48,749 nucleotides of DNA from Thermodesulfobacteriota bacterium (GTDB lineage Bacteria > Desulfobacterota_D > UBA1144 > Nemesobacterales > JAZGCJ01): positions 1 to 48,749 of the forward strand of contig JAZGCJ010000225.1 in assembly GCA_036476895.1 (NCBI GenBank), given 5' to 3'. Both the position numbers and the translations under genes were made by a program. The notes under the pieces were generated by a model that was given only the letters and a program-made list of their open reading frames with translations, was not told where the DNA came from and made no database searches. Positions 47,744 through 48,749 of the stretch are shown here, in pieces; positions within the stretch are counted from its first letter, which is position 1; the number at the start of each line of letters is the position of its first letter.

Positions 47744-48160
47744 TTACTTCGTGCCCTCCAAAGTTCCGAACACCTGTTTTGCTTTCTCTTCATCGATACC
47801 AAAGTCCATCAACATTTCTCTGAAGTTTTCGATATCATGTCTCACCATAACATAGTTCTTTTTATCATCATCATATATCAGATGAAGAAATTCGTGATAC
47901 AAAATCAGCATTCGCTCTACTTCATCTGAAGTCACCCAATGTTGTTTCCAAATTGTGACAGCCACTTTCTTCTTAGTAAAGGAACTTAGCACCCCTTTAA
48001 TCAACGAAGTCTGTGCTCTCCATTTGGATTTCTGACTATCCTTAAATGCAAAATAAACATCTTGCAAATTGATGTGTAAGAATTTCTTAGAGAACTTTTC
48101 TACCAATCTCTCCGCAATCTCTTCAACTGTATTATCCGCTATCTCGAATTTTGCACTCAT
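47744..48160 (-). CDS. putative phage metallopeptidase-like protein (HExxH)
   Basis: LILYHEFLHLIYDDD is followed by VRHDIENF. Confidence 0.45.
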   Translation of the reverse strand: MSAKFEIADNTVEEIAERLVEKFSKKFLHINLQDVYFAFKDSQKSKWRAQTSLIKGVLSSFTKKKVAVTIWKQHWVTSDEVERMLILYHEFLHLIYDDDKKNYVMVRHDIENFREMLMDFGIDEEKAKQVFGTLEGTK

Positions 48161-48486
48161 CTTAGTTCACTCCTCTTTTTTAATCTTTTATATTTTCGTG
48201 GCGTATTAAATAGGGTCCATCCTTTAGGTTTATGCTTTGCAATTATATACAAAGCAACACAGCAAAATACTAACGCCAAAACTTCAATAAAGAATCCAAC
48301 CCAATTTGCGAAAATCCCTAACCCAACAAGCGTAAATAGATACTTGATAATCTTAAGCATGAAAGCACTCGATGAGACTTGAGCACTATTTTTCGTTCTT
48401 AGGGTTTTGGCAATTTGTTTATAGTAACTTGCTAACTCCAGGATTACCGCAATGGTAATACAAGCTACACCAACTGACTCTAGCAC
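48157..48486 (-). CDS. 3-TM membrane protein, degenerate PQ-loop-like
   Basis: Three hydrophobic helices. SYYKQIAKTLRTKNSAQVS aligns by eye with the PQ-loop of ORF 42888..43142 but lacks the Pro. Confidence 0.45.
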   Translation of the reverse strand: MLESVGVACITIAVILELASYYKQIAKTLRTKNSAQVSSSAFMLKIIKYLFTLVGLGIFANWVGFFIEVLALVFCCVALYIIAKHKPKGWTLFNTPRKYKRLKKRSELR

Positions 48487-48505
48487 AAAATAATCTCCTT
48501 TTCAT

Positions 48506-48749
48506 TTACCCTCGCTTTTTATAAATCTGTTGTAATAATTTACCAATACGTCTCATTTCATTCACAGTAAATTTGTCACTTCGCATTCTATTACATGTTC
48601 CACAACAAGGAATCACATTCTTCTGACTATAACCATATTGATTATTTATTCTATCTAAACCAGTTCCAGTACCATCTAATGATCCTTGACAATAGGTACA
48701 AGGATGATTTACTAATGTGCTAAATAATTTGAAAGAAAGTGACCATGCC
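48506..48749 (-). CDS. HNH homing endonuclease, 5' end outside the window
   Basis: Minus frame is open from the window edge to the TAA at 48506-48508. The hand translation is ...CTYCQGSLDGTGTGLDRINNQYGYSQKNVIPCCGTCNRMRSDKFTVNEMRRIGKLLQQIYKKRG. Paralogous to 47153..47728. Confidence 0.6.
   Translation of the reverse strand, partial: AWSLSFKLFSTLVNHPCTYCQGSLDGTGTGLDRINNQYGYSQKNVIPCCGTCNRMRSDKFTVNEMRRIGKLLQQIYKKRG

Noticed and set aside
83-47929. All plus-strand ORFs in the track (for example 1775-2113, 9178-9486, 22351-22752, 27337-27783, 40710-41072, 41885-42307, 41910-42260).
   Set aside because: Each lies antisense to a longer, motif-bearing or tightly packed minus-strand ORF. They lack Shine-Dalgarno sequences. 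Their products are Leu/Ser/Phe-rich low-complexity strings typical of shadow ORFs in AT-rich DNA. None shows a recognisable motif.
1-48749. Prophage or integrative element features (integrase, repressor switch, att sites) and virion or lysis genes.
   Set aside because: No tyrosine or serine recombinase motifs, CI/Cro-type divergent pair, terminase, portal, capsid, tail or endolysin signatures were recognised. The window looks like the early/middle region of a lytic phage, so absence here says nothing about the rest of the genome.

Overview
This 48.7-kb, AT-rich window is read as part of a large virulent phage genome. Strong AGGAGG-type ribosome-binding sites and TTGACA/TATAAT-type promoters suggest a Firmicutes-like host, but that is an inference. 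Essentially all credible genes (about 125) lie head to tail on the minus strand, most with 1-40 nt start/stop overlaps. No virion, lysis or integration genes, tRNAs or CRISPR arrays were recognised.

In transcription order (high to low coordinates) the window contains:
- A recombination/replication block. It holds an Mre11/SbcD nuclease gene sitting between the two halves of a split Rad50/SbcC ATPase, a resolvase-like nuclease, a family A DNA polymerase with an N-terminal family-4 UDG-like domain, a Cas4-like nuclease, a nucleoside deoxyribosyltransferase-like protein, a degenerate QueD/PTPS-like protein and a Toprim primase. Six HNH endonuclease genes are scattered through it.
- A transcription block with a NusG-like KOW protein, two sigma-like proteins, one terminator and two consensus promoters.
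- A MoxR AAA+ ATPase paired with a metallopeptidase/VWA protein.
- A tandem array of about 15 small paralogous genes (21.4-26.4 kb).
- About 21 kb of small early-type genes, including a truncated CCA-adding enzyme, an Rnl2-like RNA ligase, a lambda-type phosphatase and Lar-like zinc ribbons.

The paralog array is the most unusual signal. Nine members are anti-TRAP/DnaJ-like double CxxCxGxG zinc-knuckle mini-proteins. All members share a conserved C-terminal NL-E-I-I-E-L-Y-E-type helix. The start codon of each next gene is embedded in the conserved Tyr-Glu codons of the previous one, so the reading frames rotate regularly. The same tail recurs on unrelated small proteins elsewhere in the window.

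All functional calls rest on motifs read by eye. No database search or structure prediction was possible.
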